Positions 15,103-27,704 of a stretch of 64,000 nucleotides of DNA are shown piece after piece. Origin of the DNA: Eledone cirrhosa (taxonomy: Eukaryota); NCBI GenBank assembly GCA_964016885.1, contig OZ024741.1:330584001-330648000 (forward strand). The letters are read 5' to 3'. Within the stretch, counting starts at the first letter, position 1. The number at the start of each line of letters is the position of its first letter. The translations under genes were made by a program, and so were the position numbers. The notes under the pieces were generated by a model. The model did not search any database. It was not told the origin of the DNA and saw nothing but the letters and a program-made list of their open reading frames with translations.

Positions 15103-15444
15103 AGAAAGTGAGGTTTTTTTTACAAAATGAAAAATAACCGAGGTGTCCTACACGAGTGGAAGTATAAAGAAAAAGGGATGAAATCGAAAATGCAACTGAA
15201 GTCTTATTTTTTTTTAAATATATATATTTATTTGGTTCCTTTACCGGTTTCGCAGTTCTTCTGCTTTTCAAAAGGTGAGTTGAGATGGAGGGTCTGTGGT
15301 TTTTCTCACATCTGGTTGGTCTCTAAATGTTACTTGTTTTATATGGAAAAACTGGCTCGAAAACCAGGTTTTTCGAGAAGTAATTTGATTGGTTTGTCAA
15401 TAATTATAATAAATTTATTATAATTATTGACAAACCAATCAAAT
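15100..15444 (-). mobile_element. Probable Penelope pLTR remnant with decayed hammerhead (15238-15275) and 62-bp palindrome (15383-15444)
   Basis: Reverse complement: CCTT-TTGAAAA-GCAG-AAGAA-CTGC-GAAA-CCGG-TA-AAGG. Perfect palindrome at the other end. Confidence 0.55.
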
Positions 15445-17529
15445 AAATGGGAGAAAGACAGTCTCCCCCACATCGACCCAATAGAGGGACCAGCAGTGTT
15501 AGTCAAGGGTAGTATAATAAGTAAGGCAATCAAAGATATGAAGACAGGCAAGGCGGCTGGGCCTTCGGAAATAGTTGCCGAGATGTTGAAGGCATCTGGT
15601 ACGGTGGGACACACCATGGTCACCCGGATAGTCAACCAGTCATACAGAATGGGGTTGTTCCGAAGGACTGGTGCAGCAGCATTATCGTTAACTGTTATAA
15701 GGGTAAAGGAGATGCCCTAGATAGGAGTAACTATAGAGGCATTAAATTAATCGACCAGGTCATGAAGGTCACGGAAAAAGTAATAGCGCAACTAATCAGA
15801 GAGCGAATTGATCTAGATGAAATGCAGTTCGGGTTTGTGTCAGGAAAAAGTACCACAGACGCTCTTTTCATTGTACGACAACTACAGGAGAAGTACCTAG
15901 CTAAAAGTAAACACCTATACTTAGCTTTCGTCGACTTGGAGAAGGCCTTCGACAGAGTCCCCCGTTCCATTATCTGGTGGGCTCTTAGAAAACTAGGTGT
16001 TGATGAATGGCTTGTGAGAGCTATACAAGCCATGTATAAAGAAACAGTTAGCAAGGTTAGAATTAACAACGAATAGAGTGAAGAGTTTAGTGTAAAAGTT
16101 GGTGTTCATCAGGGCTCTGTTCTTAGCCCCCTACTATTTATTATTGCCCTCCAGGCTATAACAGTGGAGTTCAAGACCGGCTGCCCATGGGAACTCCTAT
16201 ACGCAGATGATCTAACGCTCATAGCTGAATCAATGGCCGAGCTAGAGAAGAAATTCCAAACATGGAAGCACGGCCTAGAATCAAAAGGCCTTAAAATTAA
16301 CGTAGCTAAGACTAAAGTTCTAGTTTGTAAGAAAGAAAATAAGGCGGCGGTCCCCTCCGGGAAGTGGCCATGCGCAGAGTGTAGGAAAGGCGTAGGTAGA
16401 AATTCCATTTTGTGTCCCAAATGCAAAGTTTGGGTGCATAAAAGATGTAGTGGGATCACAGGTAAGCTAACTAAGAATATAGATTTTACATGTGGCCGGT
16501 GTTCTGGGGATATAAGTAGCAGCAAGTGCCCAAAAAATACTAGCTCTTTCAACTGCGCAGAGGGTTCTATAGAAATAGTGAACAGCTTCCGTTACCTGGG
16601 TGACAAAATCAGCAGTGGGGGAGGGTGCTCTGAAAGTACGGTAGCTAGAGTCAGAACTGGGTGGAAAAAGTTCAGAGAGCTTATACCACTATTAGCCGCT
16701 AAAGGGTTATCCCTAAAAATGAAAGGCAGGCTGTACGATGCCTGCATACGAACAGCAATGTTGCTTGGCAGTGAGACCTGGGCATTGTGTGCAGAGGATA
16801 TACGCAGACTAGAGAGAAACGAAGCTTGCATGCTCCGCTGGGTGTGTAATAGTAATATACGTGAACGACAAAGCATAAACGAACTAAGGAAAAAATTAGA
16901 AATAAGAGGAATCAGATGTTGTTTACTAGAGAGAAGGCTACGTTGGTATGGTCACGTGATGCGCATGAAGGATGATAGCTGTATAACAAAGTGCAGGGCA
17001 ATAAAGATAGACGGTAGCCACGGAATAAGCAGACCCAGAAAAACCTGGGACGAGCTGATAAACTCCGACCTCACACACTTACACCTCACCAAGACAATGT
17101 CACTGGACCGAGACCTTTGGCGGTACTCAGTAATAGAGAAGACCCGCCTTGCCAGTAGGCATCTCTAACAAAATACACCCCGTCCCAGCCCCACCCCCAC
17201 CCCCACCCCATCCACACCACCCCGTTCTATGTAAAGTTATGTTGGTGCCGCGCCATCCAGGCCGAAACAAATGAGATCGTGTAGGTGTCACGACAAAAAA
17301 ACACACAGTCCACGCTGTAATGTGGCCGTGTAGGCAACACGGTAAAAACCTCCCAGACCCACACTGTAAATGTGGTTGGTGTTAGGAAGGGCATCCAACT
17401 GTAGAAAACCTGCCAGACAGTCCTATGCGAGCAAGAAAATCACTCTTGCCTCAAGTGGAACTACCCCCGTCCAAACCCATGCAAGCATGGAACACGGACG
17501 TTAAACGTTGATGATGATGATGATGATGA

Positions 17530-17533
<4 letters not shown>
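15442..17533 (+). mobile_element. RTE LINE family A, 5'-truncated and disrupted (copy 1)
   Basis: RT motifs FVDLEKAFDRVP, GVHQG, YADD, FRYLG; frameshift near 15640, stop at 16076; (ATG)n tail. Confidence 0.92.
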
Positions 17534-17569
<36 letters not shown>

Positions 17570-17570
17570 T

Positions 17571-19713
17571 AGCTTGGAAGTGTCACTATGAAAGGCTACT
17601 AAATGAGGAGAATAAATGGGAGAAAGACAGTCTCCCCCACATAGACCCAATAGAGGGACCAGCAGTGTTAGTCGAGGGTAGTATAATAAGTAAGGCAATC
17701 AAAGATATGAAGACAGGCAAGGCGGCTGGGCCTTCGGAAATAGTTGCCGAGATGCTGAAGGCATCTGGTACGGTGGGACACACCATGGTCACCCGGATAG
17801 TCAACCAAGTCATACAGAATGGGGTTGTTCCGAAGGACTGGCGTAGCAGCATTATCGTTAACTGTTATAAGGGTAAAGGAGATGCCCTAGATAGGAGTAA
17901 CTATAGAGGCATTAAATTAATCGACCAGGTCATGAAGGTCACGGAAAAAGTAATAGCGCAACTAATCAGAGAGCGAATTGATCTAGATGAAATGCAGTTC
18001 GGGTTTGTGTCAGGAAAAAGTACCACAGACGCTCTTTTCATTGTACGACAACTACAGGAGAAGTACCTAGCTAAAAGTAAACCCCTATACTTAGCTTTCG
18101 TCGACTTGGAGAAAGCTTTCGACAGAGTCCCCCGTTCCATTATCTGGTGGGCTCTTAGAAAACTAGGTGTTGACGAATGGCTTGTGAGAGCTATACAAGC
18201 CATGTATAAAGAAACAGTCAGCAAGGTTAGAATTAACAACGAATATAGTGAAGAGTTTAGCGTAAAAGTTGGCGTCCATCAGGGCTCTGTTCTCAGCCCC
18301 CTACTATTTATTATTGCCCTTCAGGCTATAACAGTGGAGTTCAAGACCGGCTGCCCATGGGAACTCCTATATGCAGATGATCTAACGCTCATAGCTGAAT
18401 CAATGGCCGAGCTAGAGAAGAAATTCCAAACATGGAAGCACGGCCTAGAATCAAAAGGCCTTAAAATTAACCTGGCTAAGACTAAAGTTCTAGTTTGTAA
18501 GAAAGAAAATAAGGCGGCGGTCCCCTCCGGGAAGTGGCCATGCTCAGTGTGTAGGAAAGGCGTAGGTAGAAACTCCATTTTGTGTCCCAAATGCAAAGTA
18601 TGGGTGCATAAAAGATGTAGTGGGATCACAGGTAAGCTAACTAAGAACATAGATTTTACATGTGGCCGGTGCTCTGGTGCAATAAGTAGCAGCAAGTGCC
18701 CACAAAATACTAGCTCTTTCAACTGCGCAGAGGGTTCTATAGAAATAGTGGACAGCTTCCGTTACCTGGGTGACAAAATCAGCAGTGGGGGAGGGTGCTC
18801 TGAAAGTACAGTAGCTAGAGTCAGAACTGGATGGAAAAAGTTCAGAGAGCTTATACCACTATTAGCCGCTAAAGGGTTCTCCCTAAAAATGAAAGGCAGG
18901 TTGTATGATGCCTGCATACGAACAGCAATGTTGCATGGCAGTGAGACCTGGGAATTGTGTGCAGAGGATATACGCAGACTGGAGAGAAACGAAGCTTGCA
19001 TGCTCCACTGGATGTGTAATAGTAATCTACGTGAACGGCAAAGCATAAACGAACTCAGGAAAAAATTAGAAATAAGAGGGATCAGATGTTGTTTACTTGA
19101 GAGAAGGCTACGTTGGTATGGTCACGTGATGCGCATGAAGGACGATAGCTGTATAACAAAGTGCAGGGCAATAAAGATAGACGGTAGCCACGGAATAGGC
19201 AGACCCAGAAAAACCTGGGACGAGCTGATAAATTCCGACCTCACACACTTACACCTCACCAAGACAATGTCACTGGACCGAGACCTTTGGCGGTACTCAG
19301 TAATAGAGAAGACCCGCCTTACCTAAATACAAAGTAAAACCTACTACAGTCAGTAGGCATCTCTAACAAAATACACCCCCGTCCCACCACCCCCACCCCA
19401 TCCACACCGCCCCTTTCAATGTAAAGTTATGTTGGTGCCACAACATCCAGGCCAAAACAAATGAGATCGTGTAGGTGTCACGTCAAAAAACACACAGTCC
19501 ACGCTGTAATGTGGCCGTGTAGGCAACACGGTAAAAACCTCCCAGCCCCACACTGTAAATGTGGTTGGTGTTAGGAAGGGCATCCAGCTGTAGAAAACCC
19601 GCCAGATAGTCCTATGTGAGCAAGATAATCACTCTTGCCTCAAGTGGGAAAACCCCCGTCCAAACCCATGCAAGCGTGGAACACGGACGTTAAACGTTGA
19701 TGATGATGATGAT
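17571..19713 (+). mobile_element. RTE LINE family A, 5'-truncated with open RT ORF (copy 2)
   Basis: ORF 17665-19326 with RT and internal PHD finger; 3' UTR and (ATG)n tail; (TA)n on both flanks. Confidence 0.93.
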
Positions 19714-19730
19714 GTATATATATATATATT

Positions 19731-19781
<51 letters not shown>

Positions 19782-19788
19782 GTATATG

Positions 19789-19819
<31 letters not shown>

Positions 19820-19840
19820 GTATATATATATATGTATATG

Positions 19841-19871
<31 letters not shown>

Positions 19872-20689
19872 GTATATCTATATGTATATATATATATATG
19901 TTCTTTTCTTGGTTCTTTTCTTTTGTGTACTTTATATCTGTTTTTCTTTGGTTTTGTTCCATGTGATGGAAATTATGACTGTGTACCAGATTGACTACTC
20001 CCTTGAATACTGTAGTTTTCCCTCCGTCCTAATGTATGGCACTATCGTTCAATATGTGGATAGTGTAACAGTGACATTGGAACCCCTCTCAGAACTTCTT
20101 ACTTAAACATCTCTCTCCATATTTTTTACTCACTTCAATCTATATGTTTTTTTACTCACCTCAATCCGGATTCTCACTTGAAAAATTTTTAATTTCTAAT
20201 TGTTAATTTTTTAATTGTTTAATTTATAATTTCTGATTTTTTTATTTAGGATTTTAATTTTTATTTCCAACTCTCACTCATAACTTCCAATGTAAAACCT
20301 AGAATTAAGTATATTTTCTCTTGGGAGTTGATGGTCAGTCGTACTGTCCATGCTTGGTGAGAGGTAGTATTGTGACCTGTAAAAACTAACACTCTCCCAT
20401 CCCCTCTGGCTTTCGGCTGACTGCCACAGATGGGACGGGTAGCAGTAAACTATGGTACAGGCCTAAATGGGTCATTGTTTGGCTGAGAGGGTGAACTGAC
20501 TAAGCGAATTTCGTTGAAATCGGCGTTAGTTAATGGTCAACTTCCTTCGGACATGCGCCTGCACAGACCGGTGGGGGTGAATTGGCACTCACAGGGGAAC
20601 GGAGGAAGAACCCCAAAGCACACACTTCGTCCATTCCCATGTCGATTCAACTTGGATCGCCTCGGAAACATAACCTTATTATGTAACAA

Positions 20690-20763
20690 GCTGTCTGATG
20701 ATGTCACGACACTCGCACACAGAACAGTGTGGCCAGTGTCGTCATTGAAATATATATCACAGC
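20690..20763 (+). ncRNA. Type I hammerhead ribozyme with long stem II, in a pLTR-like segment ending at (TA)n ~20895
   Basis: GCTGT-CTGATGA-..ACGACACT...AGTGTCGT..-GAAA-TATATA-TC-ACAGC. Confidence 0.82.
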
Positions 20764-20899
20764 ATTATTATTAAAGGACTTGAACATCTGAAACTACTTC
20801 GCTTTTACTTATTCGATATTTACTCCGTCACTCCTATGTGGAAAAAGTACGTTGAGTGCTTGAATTGAATTGCATCAATGTTTACTCTAAGTATATGTA

Positions 20900-20942
<43 letters not shown>

Positions 20943-22523
20943 GTGAAGAGTTTAGCGTAAAAGTTGGTGTCCATCAGGGCTCTGTTCTTAGCCCCCTACT
21001 ATTTATTATTGCCCTTCAGGCTATAACAGAGGAGTTCAAGACCGGCTGCCCATGGGAACTCCTATACGCAGATGATCTAACGCTCATAGCTGAATCAATG
21101 ACCGAACTAGAGAAGAAATTCCAAACGTGGAAGCACGGCCTAGAATCAAAAGGCCTTAAAATTAACCTGGCTAAGACTAAAGTTCTAGTTTGTAGGAAAG
21201 AAAATAAGGCGGCGGTCCCATCGGGGAAATGGCCATGCTCAGTGTGTAGGAAAGGCGTAGGTAGAAACTCCATTTTATGTCCCAAATGCAAAGTATGGGT
21301 GCATAAAAGATGTAGTGGGATCACAGGTAAGCTAACTAAGAACATAGATTTTACATGTGGCCGGTGCTCTGGTGCAATAAGTAGCAGCAAGTGCCCACAA
21401 AATACTAGCTCCTTCAACTGCGCAGAGGGTTCTATAGAAATAGTGGACAGCTTCCGTTATCTGGGTGACAAAATCAGCAGTGGGGGAGGGTGCTCTGAAA
21501 GTACAGTAGCTAGAGTCAGAACTGGATGGAAAAAGTTCAGAGAGCTTATACCACTATTAGCCGCTAGAGGGTTCTCCCTAAAAATGAAAGGCAGGTTATA
21601 CGATGCCTGCATACGAACAGCAGTGCTGCATGGCAGTGAGACCTGGGCATTGTGTGCAGAGGATATACGCAGACTAGAGAGGAACGAAGCTTGCATGCTC
21701 CGCTGGATGTGCAATAGTAATATACGTGAACGGCAAAGCATAAACGAACTAAGGAAAAAATTAGAAATAAGAGGGATCAGATGTTGTTTACTCGAGAGAA
21801 GGCTACGTTGGTACGGTCACGTGATGCGCATGAAAGACGACAGCTGTATAACAAAGTGCAGGGCAATAAAGATAGACGGTAGCCACGGAGTAGGCAGACC
21901 CAGAAAAACATGGGACGAGCTGATAAATTCCGACCTCACACGCTTACACCTCTCCAAGACAATGTCACTGGACCGAGACCTTTGGCGGTACTCAGTAATA
22001 GAGAAGACCCGCCTTACCTAAATACAAAGTAAAAACCTACTACAGTCAGTAGGCATCTCTATCAAAACACACCCCCGTCCCACCACCCTCCACCCCACCC
22101 ACACCGCCCCTTTCAATGTAAAGTTATGTTGGTCCCACAACATCCAGGCCGAAACAAATGAGATCGTGTAGGTGTCACGACAAAAAACACACAGTCCACG
22201 CTGTAAATGTGGCCGTGTAGGCAACACGGTAAAAACCTCCCAGCCCCACACTGTAAATGTGGTTGGTGTTAGGAAGGGCATCCAGCTGTAGAAAACCCGC
22301 CAGACAGTCCACGCTGTAATGTGGCCGTGTAGGCAACACGGTAAAAACCTCCCAGCCCCACACTGTAAATGTGGTTGGTGTTAGGAAGGGCATCCAACTG
22401 TAGAAAACCCGCCAGACAGTCCTATGCGAGCAAGACAACCACTCTTGCCTCAAGTGGGAAAACCCCCGTCCAAACCCATGCAAGCGTGGAACACGGACGC
22501 TAAACCTGATGATGATGATGATG
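20943..22523 (+). mobile_element. RTE LINE family A, 5'-truncated (copy 3)
   Basis: EEFSVKVGVHQG...YADD...EKTRLT*; ~112-bp duplication in the 3' UTR; (ATG)n tail. Confidence 0.92.
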
Positions 22524-22542
22524 TATATATATATGTATATAT

Positions 22543-22884
22543 GGAGACACATGGCTTAGTGGTTAGAGCATTGGGCTTGAAATCGAAAGGTTGTGAGTTC
22601 AATTTTCAGACCGGGTGATGTGTTGTTTGCTTGAGCAAGACACTTTATTTCACATTGCTCCAGTTTACTCAGCTGTAGAAATGAGATGATAGGGACTGGG
22701 GTCTATATCATTCCACTGCAAAATGGTCGTGGAGGTGCCACAGCAAAAAAGCACCCAGCACTCACTGTAAATGAGGTTGGTGTTAGGAAGGGCATCCAGC
22801 TGTAGAAATCAAGCCAGAATCAGTTCCCGTCCCACCCTTGCAAGCAGGGAAAAGCGGACGTAAAATGATGATGATGATGATGAT
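22543..22884 (+). mobile_element. tRNA-derived SINE with CORE-like body and RTE-derived 3' tail
   Basis: A box TGGCTTAGTGG, B-box-like GAGTTCAATT, CTTGAGCAAGACACTT (CORE-like); tail identical to the RTE family B 3' end; (ATG)n. Confidence 0.85.
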
Positions 22885-22891
22885 ATATATG

Positions 22892-22940
<49 letters not shown>

Positions 22941-23064
22941 ATACATATATATGTATATATGTATATACATATATATGTATATATGTATATATGTATATAC
23001 ATATATATGTATATATGTATATACATATATATGTATATATGTATATACATATATACATATATAT

Positions 23065-23845
23065 GAATTTGTCAACGCTTATTAATGCTTAGACGTGCTA
23101 GCCCCCCTGCGAAATGTAATGTAAATGCCATTTTTTTTTCTTGTCTCTCCAGCCTCTCGGTCCATTCATTCATATATCCATATCATCGCCCAGAATCCAA
23201 TCTTTTGCTCTCTCTCAATGCTATTCTATAATTCTGTCTGGTTGTTCTAAATAATCTTCTTGTATTTTAAAATCCCATTATTCGCTTATTATTACTGTTA
23301 TATGCTTGTTCAATTATGCCCAAAATTCGAAGGTTTTATTTAAACCCTCTCGTAAAATGCCCCATTTGTTTTTCTAAAATAACAACCTCGTTTGTTTAAT
23401 TTTGGCCGAAAAATTCTAGGATTTATAAAATGGCCTCCTTGTCCCTCTTAATCTTTACCCCCCCCCCCCCCTATATCGTATTATGCGCCTGCTAGTTCAC
23501 CCTTTCAATCACTCCCTTCTCTCACCAAATATAAATAAACCTGTTATGAGGTACGAATCTCAGAATTTGTCAACGCTTATTAATGGTCAGACCTGCTAGT
23601 CCCCCTGCGAAATGTAATGTCAATGCCATTTTTTTCTTGTCTCTCCAGCCTCTCGGTCCATTCATTCATATATCCGTATCATCGCCCAGAATCCAATCTT
23701 TTGCTCTCTTTCAATGCTATTCTATAATTCTGTCTGGTTGTTCTAAATAATCTTCTTGTATTTTAAAATCCCATTATTCACTTATTATTACTGTATATGC
23801 TTGACCAATTATGCCCCAAATTCGAAGATTTTATTTAAACCCTCT
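23065..23845. repeat. ~285-bp direct repeat pair, period ~498 bp
   Basis: GAATTTGTCAACGCTTATTAATG...TTTAAACCCTCT at 23065 and 23563. Confidence 0.9.
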
Positions 23846-23899
23846 TGCTAACTACCCCATACCCCTCCCACCCGCCCCCACACTCCACCATTATTATTA

Positions 23900-26800
23900 G
23901 GACCAATCATAAGTCAGCGGCCTATGCTATCACTTCTCCTGGTTGCTTTTCGATATGATGGATGGACTAAGGAATTCTGGAGAGTCTGAAAAATCTGGAC
24001 ACTCAGTGACAATGCCAAAGACAAAGACACCTCATGCTGCCGGACGAAAAGGCAAGGACTCCCCTTCTTTGTTTCGGCCGCAGATGGCCAACATAACCCC
24101 AACCCCATCCCCCTCACCCCTCTCTGCGCCCGACCGTTCCCACCCACCAAATGCAATCCAAAACTTCAGAGTTGGTACCAATCCAAAACAACGAGGTTGT
24201 AGAAATGCTTGAACGTAAGGAGGTTGATGTTTGCTGTATTCAAAAGACCAGGTGGAGCGATGGGTCTGCTAGATTCATTGTGGGTAAAGAACGCTGCTAT
24301 AAGCTTTTCTGGGTGGGAAATGACAATGGGCTGGGTGGGGTAGGAATCATGTTAGCAGAAAAATGGGCAGATAAGATAATAGATGTAAATAGAGTGAACG
24401 ACAGAATAATTAAAATAAGACTTGTCCTAAATAGAACTACTGTGACAGTAATATCTGCGTATGCACCCCAATCCGGACTGCCTGGCGCTATAAAAGACAG
24501 ATTCTATGAGACATTGATGCTCACTATCTCCCAAATAACCAACAGTGACTACATAATTATTGCTGGCGACCTAAATGGTCACGTTGGACAACATTGTGAC
24601 GGCTATGACGGAATCCATGGAGGCTATGGGTTTGGTACTAGAAATGAGGAAGGCTCCAGAATCCTGGAATTCTGTGATGCAAAGAACCCAACTATCTGTA
24701 ACACTAACTTAAAAAAATGAGACAATCACTTGATCACCTATAGATCAGGGGAACACGCCAGTCAGATAGATTATATCCTGACCAGAAGATGTGATAGAGT
24801 GTCTGTTGTAAACACTAAATCCCTTCCCCATGAAGAATGCACCTCCCAACATAGACTCATAGTCAGCGACCTCATAGTCAGGACAAGACGTACTCGGCAA
24901 CAGAGGAGGACTATCCTCAGGAGAAAAATATGGAAGCTAAAGGACCCCACAGCCAGTAATAAATTTAAAAGCATATTCCTTGATGCTTTCAACAGTAAGA
25001 AAGAGCAATTAGAGTCGTACAATATAGAGGAACAGTGGGAATTCCTGAAAGCTAACCTGCTGAAGGCGGCAGATGAAGTCTGTGGCTGGAGCAGGCCTAT
25101 AGGCAGGAGGAGAGTAACGTGGTGGTGGAACAGTAAGGTGGAGGAGTCAATTAAGGCCAAAAAGCAGGCTTGGAAAGTATTGCGGGATGGGGGAAGTAGA
25201 GAAGACTATCAAGTGGCCAGGAGAAAAGCTAGGAGACAAGTGTACTTCGCAAGAAGGGAAGCAGAGGAAAGAAAGTTCAAGCATGTTCTACAATGCGAGG
25301 ACCAAAAACGTGAGGTGTTCAGGATTGCTAGGCAATGTGTCAAGGAAAACCGTGATATTGTCGGGGAGAAGTGTGTCCTTAATGATGATGGTGTACTTGC
25401 CATCACTGACGCTGATAAGAAGGAAGCTTGGAAGTATCACTACGAAAGGCTACTAAATGAGGAGAATAAATGGGAGAAAGACAGTATCCCCCCACATCGA
25501 TCCAATAGAGGGACCAGCAGTGCTAGTTGAAGGTAGTATAATAAGTAAGGCAATCAAAGATATGAAGACGGGTAAGGCGGCTGGGCCTTCGGAAATAGTT
25601 GCTGAAATGCTGAAAGCATCTGGAACGGTGGGACACACTATGGTCACCCGGATAGTAAACCAAGTCATACAGAATGGGGCCGTTATGAAGGACTGGCGTA
25701 GCAGCATCATCATTAACTGCTACAAGGGTAAAGGAGATTCCCTAGATAGGGGTAACTATAGAGGCATTAAATTAATCGACCAGGTCATGAAGGTCACAGA
25801 AAAAGTAATAGCGCAACTAATCAGAGAACAAATTGATCTAGATGAAATGCAGTTCGGGTTTGTGTCAGGTAAAAGTACCACAGACGCTCTTTTCATTGTA
25901 CAACAACTACAGGAGAAGTACCTAGCTAAAAGTAAACCCCTATACTTAGCTTTTGTTGACTTGGAGAAAGCCTTTGACAGAGTCCCCCGCTCCATTATCT
26001 GGTGGGCTCTTAGAAAACTAGGTGTTGATGAATGGCTTGTGAGAGCTATACAAGCCATGTATAAAGAAATAGTCAGAAAGGTTAGAATTAACAACGAATA
26101 TAGTGAAGAGTTTAGCGTAAAAGTTGGTGTACATCAGGGCTCCGTTCTTAGCCCCCTACTATTTATTATTGCCCTTCAGGCTATAACAGAGGAGTTCAAG
26201 ACCGGCTGCCCATGGGAACTCCTATATGCAGATGATCTAACACTAATAGCTGAATCAATGGCTGAACTAGAGAAGAAATTCCAAACATGGAAGCATGGCC
26301 TAGAATCAAAAGGCCTTAAAGTTAACTTGTCTAAGACTAAAGTTGTAGTTTGTAGGAAGGAAAATAGGGCACCGGTCCCATCTTGGAAATGGCCATGCTC
26401 AGTGTGTAGGAAAGGAGTAGGCAGAAACTCCATTTTATGTCCCAAATGCAAAGTATGGGTGCATAAAAGATGTAGTGGGATCACAGGTAAGCTAACTAAG
26501 AATATAGATTTTATATGTGGCCGGTGCTCTGGTGCAATAAGTAGCAGCAAGTGCCCACAAAATACTAGCTCCTTCAACTGCGCAGAGGGTTCTATAGAAA
26601 TAGTGGACAGCTTCCGTTATCTGGGTGACAAAATCAGCAGTGGGGGAGGGTGCTCTGAAAGTACAGTAGCTAGAGTCAGAACTGGATGGAAAAAGTTCAG
26701 AGAGCTTATACCACTATTAGCCGCTAAAGGGTTCTCTCTAAAAATGAAAGGCAGGCTCTATGATGCCTGCATACGAACAGCAATGTTACATGGCAGTGAG

Positions 26801-27700
26801 ACCTGGGCATTGTGTGCAGAGGATATACGCAGACTGGAGAGGAACGAAGCTTGCATGCTCCGCTGGATGTGTAATAGTAATATACGTGAACGGCAAAGCA
26901 TAAACGAACTAAGGGAGAAATTAGGAATAAGAGGGATCAGATGTTGTTTACTTGAGAGAAGACTACGTTGGTATGGTCACGTGATGCGCATGAAAGACGA
27001 CAGCTGTATAAAAAAGTGAAGGGCGATAAAAATAGACGGTAGCCACGAAGTAGGCAGACCCAGAAAAACCTGGGACGACTTGATAAATTCCGACCTCACA
27101 CACTTACATTTCTCCAAGACAATGTGACTGGACCGAGATCTTTGGCGCTACACAGTAATACAGAAGACCCGCCTTGACTAAGTACAAAGCGAAACCTACA
27201 GTCAGTAGGCACCTCTAACAAAAATACACCCCTGTCCCACTACCCCCCCCCCCTCCACCCCACCCCCTTACATGTGAAGTTATGTTGGTACCACAACATC
27301 CGAAACAAATGAGGGCGTGTAGGTGTCACGACAAAAAAACACACAGTCCACACTGTAATGTGGCTGTCTAGGTAACACGGTAAAAACCTCCCAGTCCACA
27401 CTGTAAATGTGGTTGGTGTTAGGAAGGACACCCAGCCGTAGAAAACCTGCCAGACGTGTAGGTGTCACGACAAAAAAACACACAGTCCACGCTGTAATGT
27501 GGCCGTTTAGGTAACACAGTAAAAACCTCCCAGTCCACACTGTAAACGTGGTTGGTGTTAAGAAGGGCATCCAGCCGTAGAAAACCAGCCAGACAGTCTT
27601 ATACGAGCAGGACAACCAATCTTGCCTCAAGTGGTAAAACTCCCGTCCAAACCCATGCAAGCGTGGAAGATGGACATTAAACAATGATGATGATGATGAT
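23900..27700 (+). mobile_element. Near-full-length RTE LINE family A (APE + RT), disrupted (copy 4)
   Basis: APE motifs VDVCCIQ, SAYAPQ, GDLNGHVG, SQIDY, SQHR; RT ORF 25457-27019; several stops/frameshifts. 5' boundary approximate. Confidence 0.9.
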
Positions 27701-27704
27701 GTAT

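Noticed and set aside
15731-19046. Recurrent antisense ORFs over RTE copies
   Set aside because: Shadow ORFs of the RT frame, repeated only because the element is repeated.
22543-22615. tRNA gene
   Set aside because: A/B boxes are present but there is no acceptor stem, and it continues into a SINE body.
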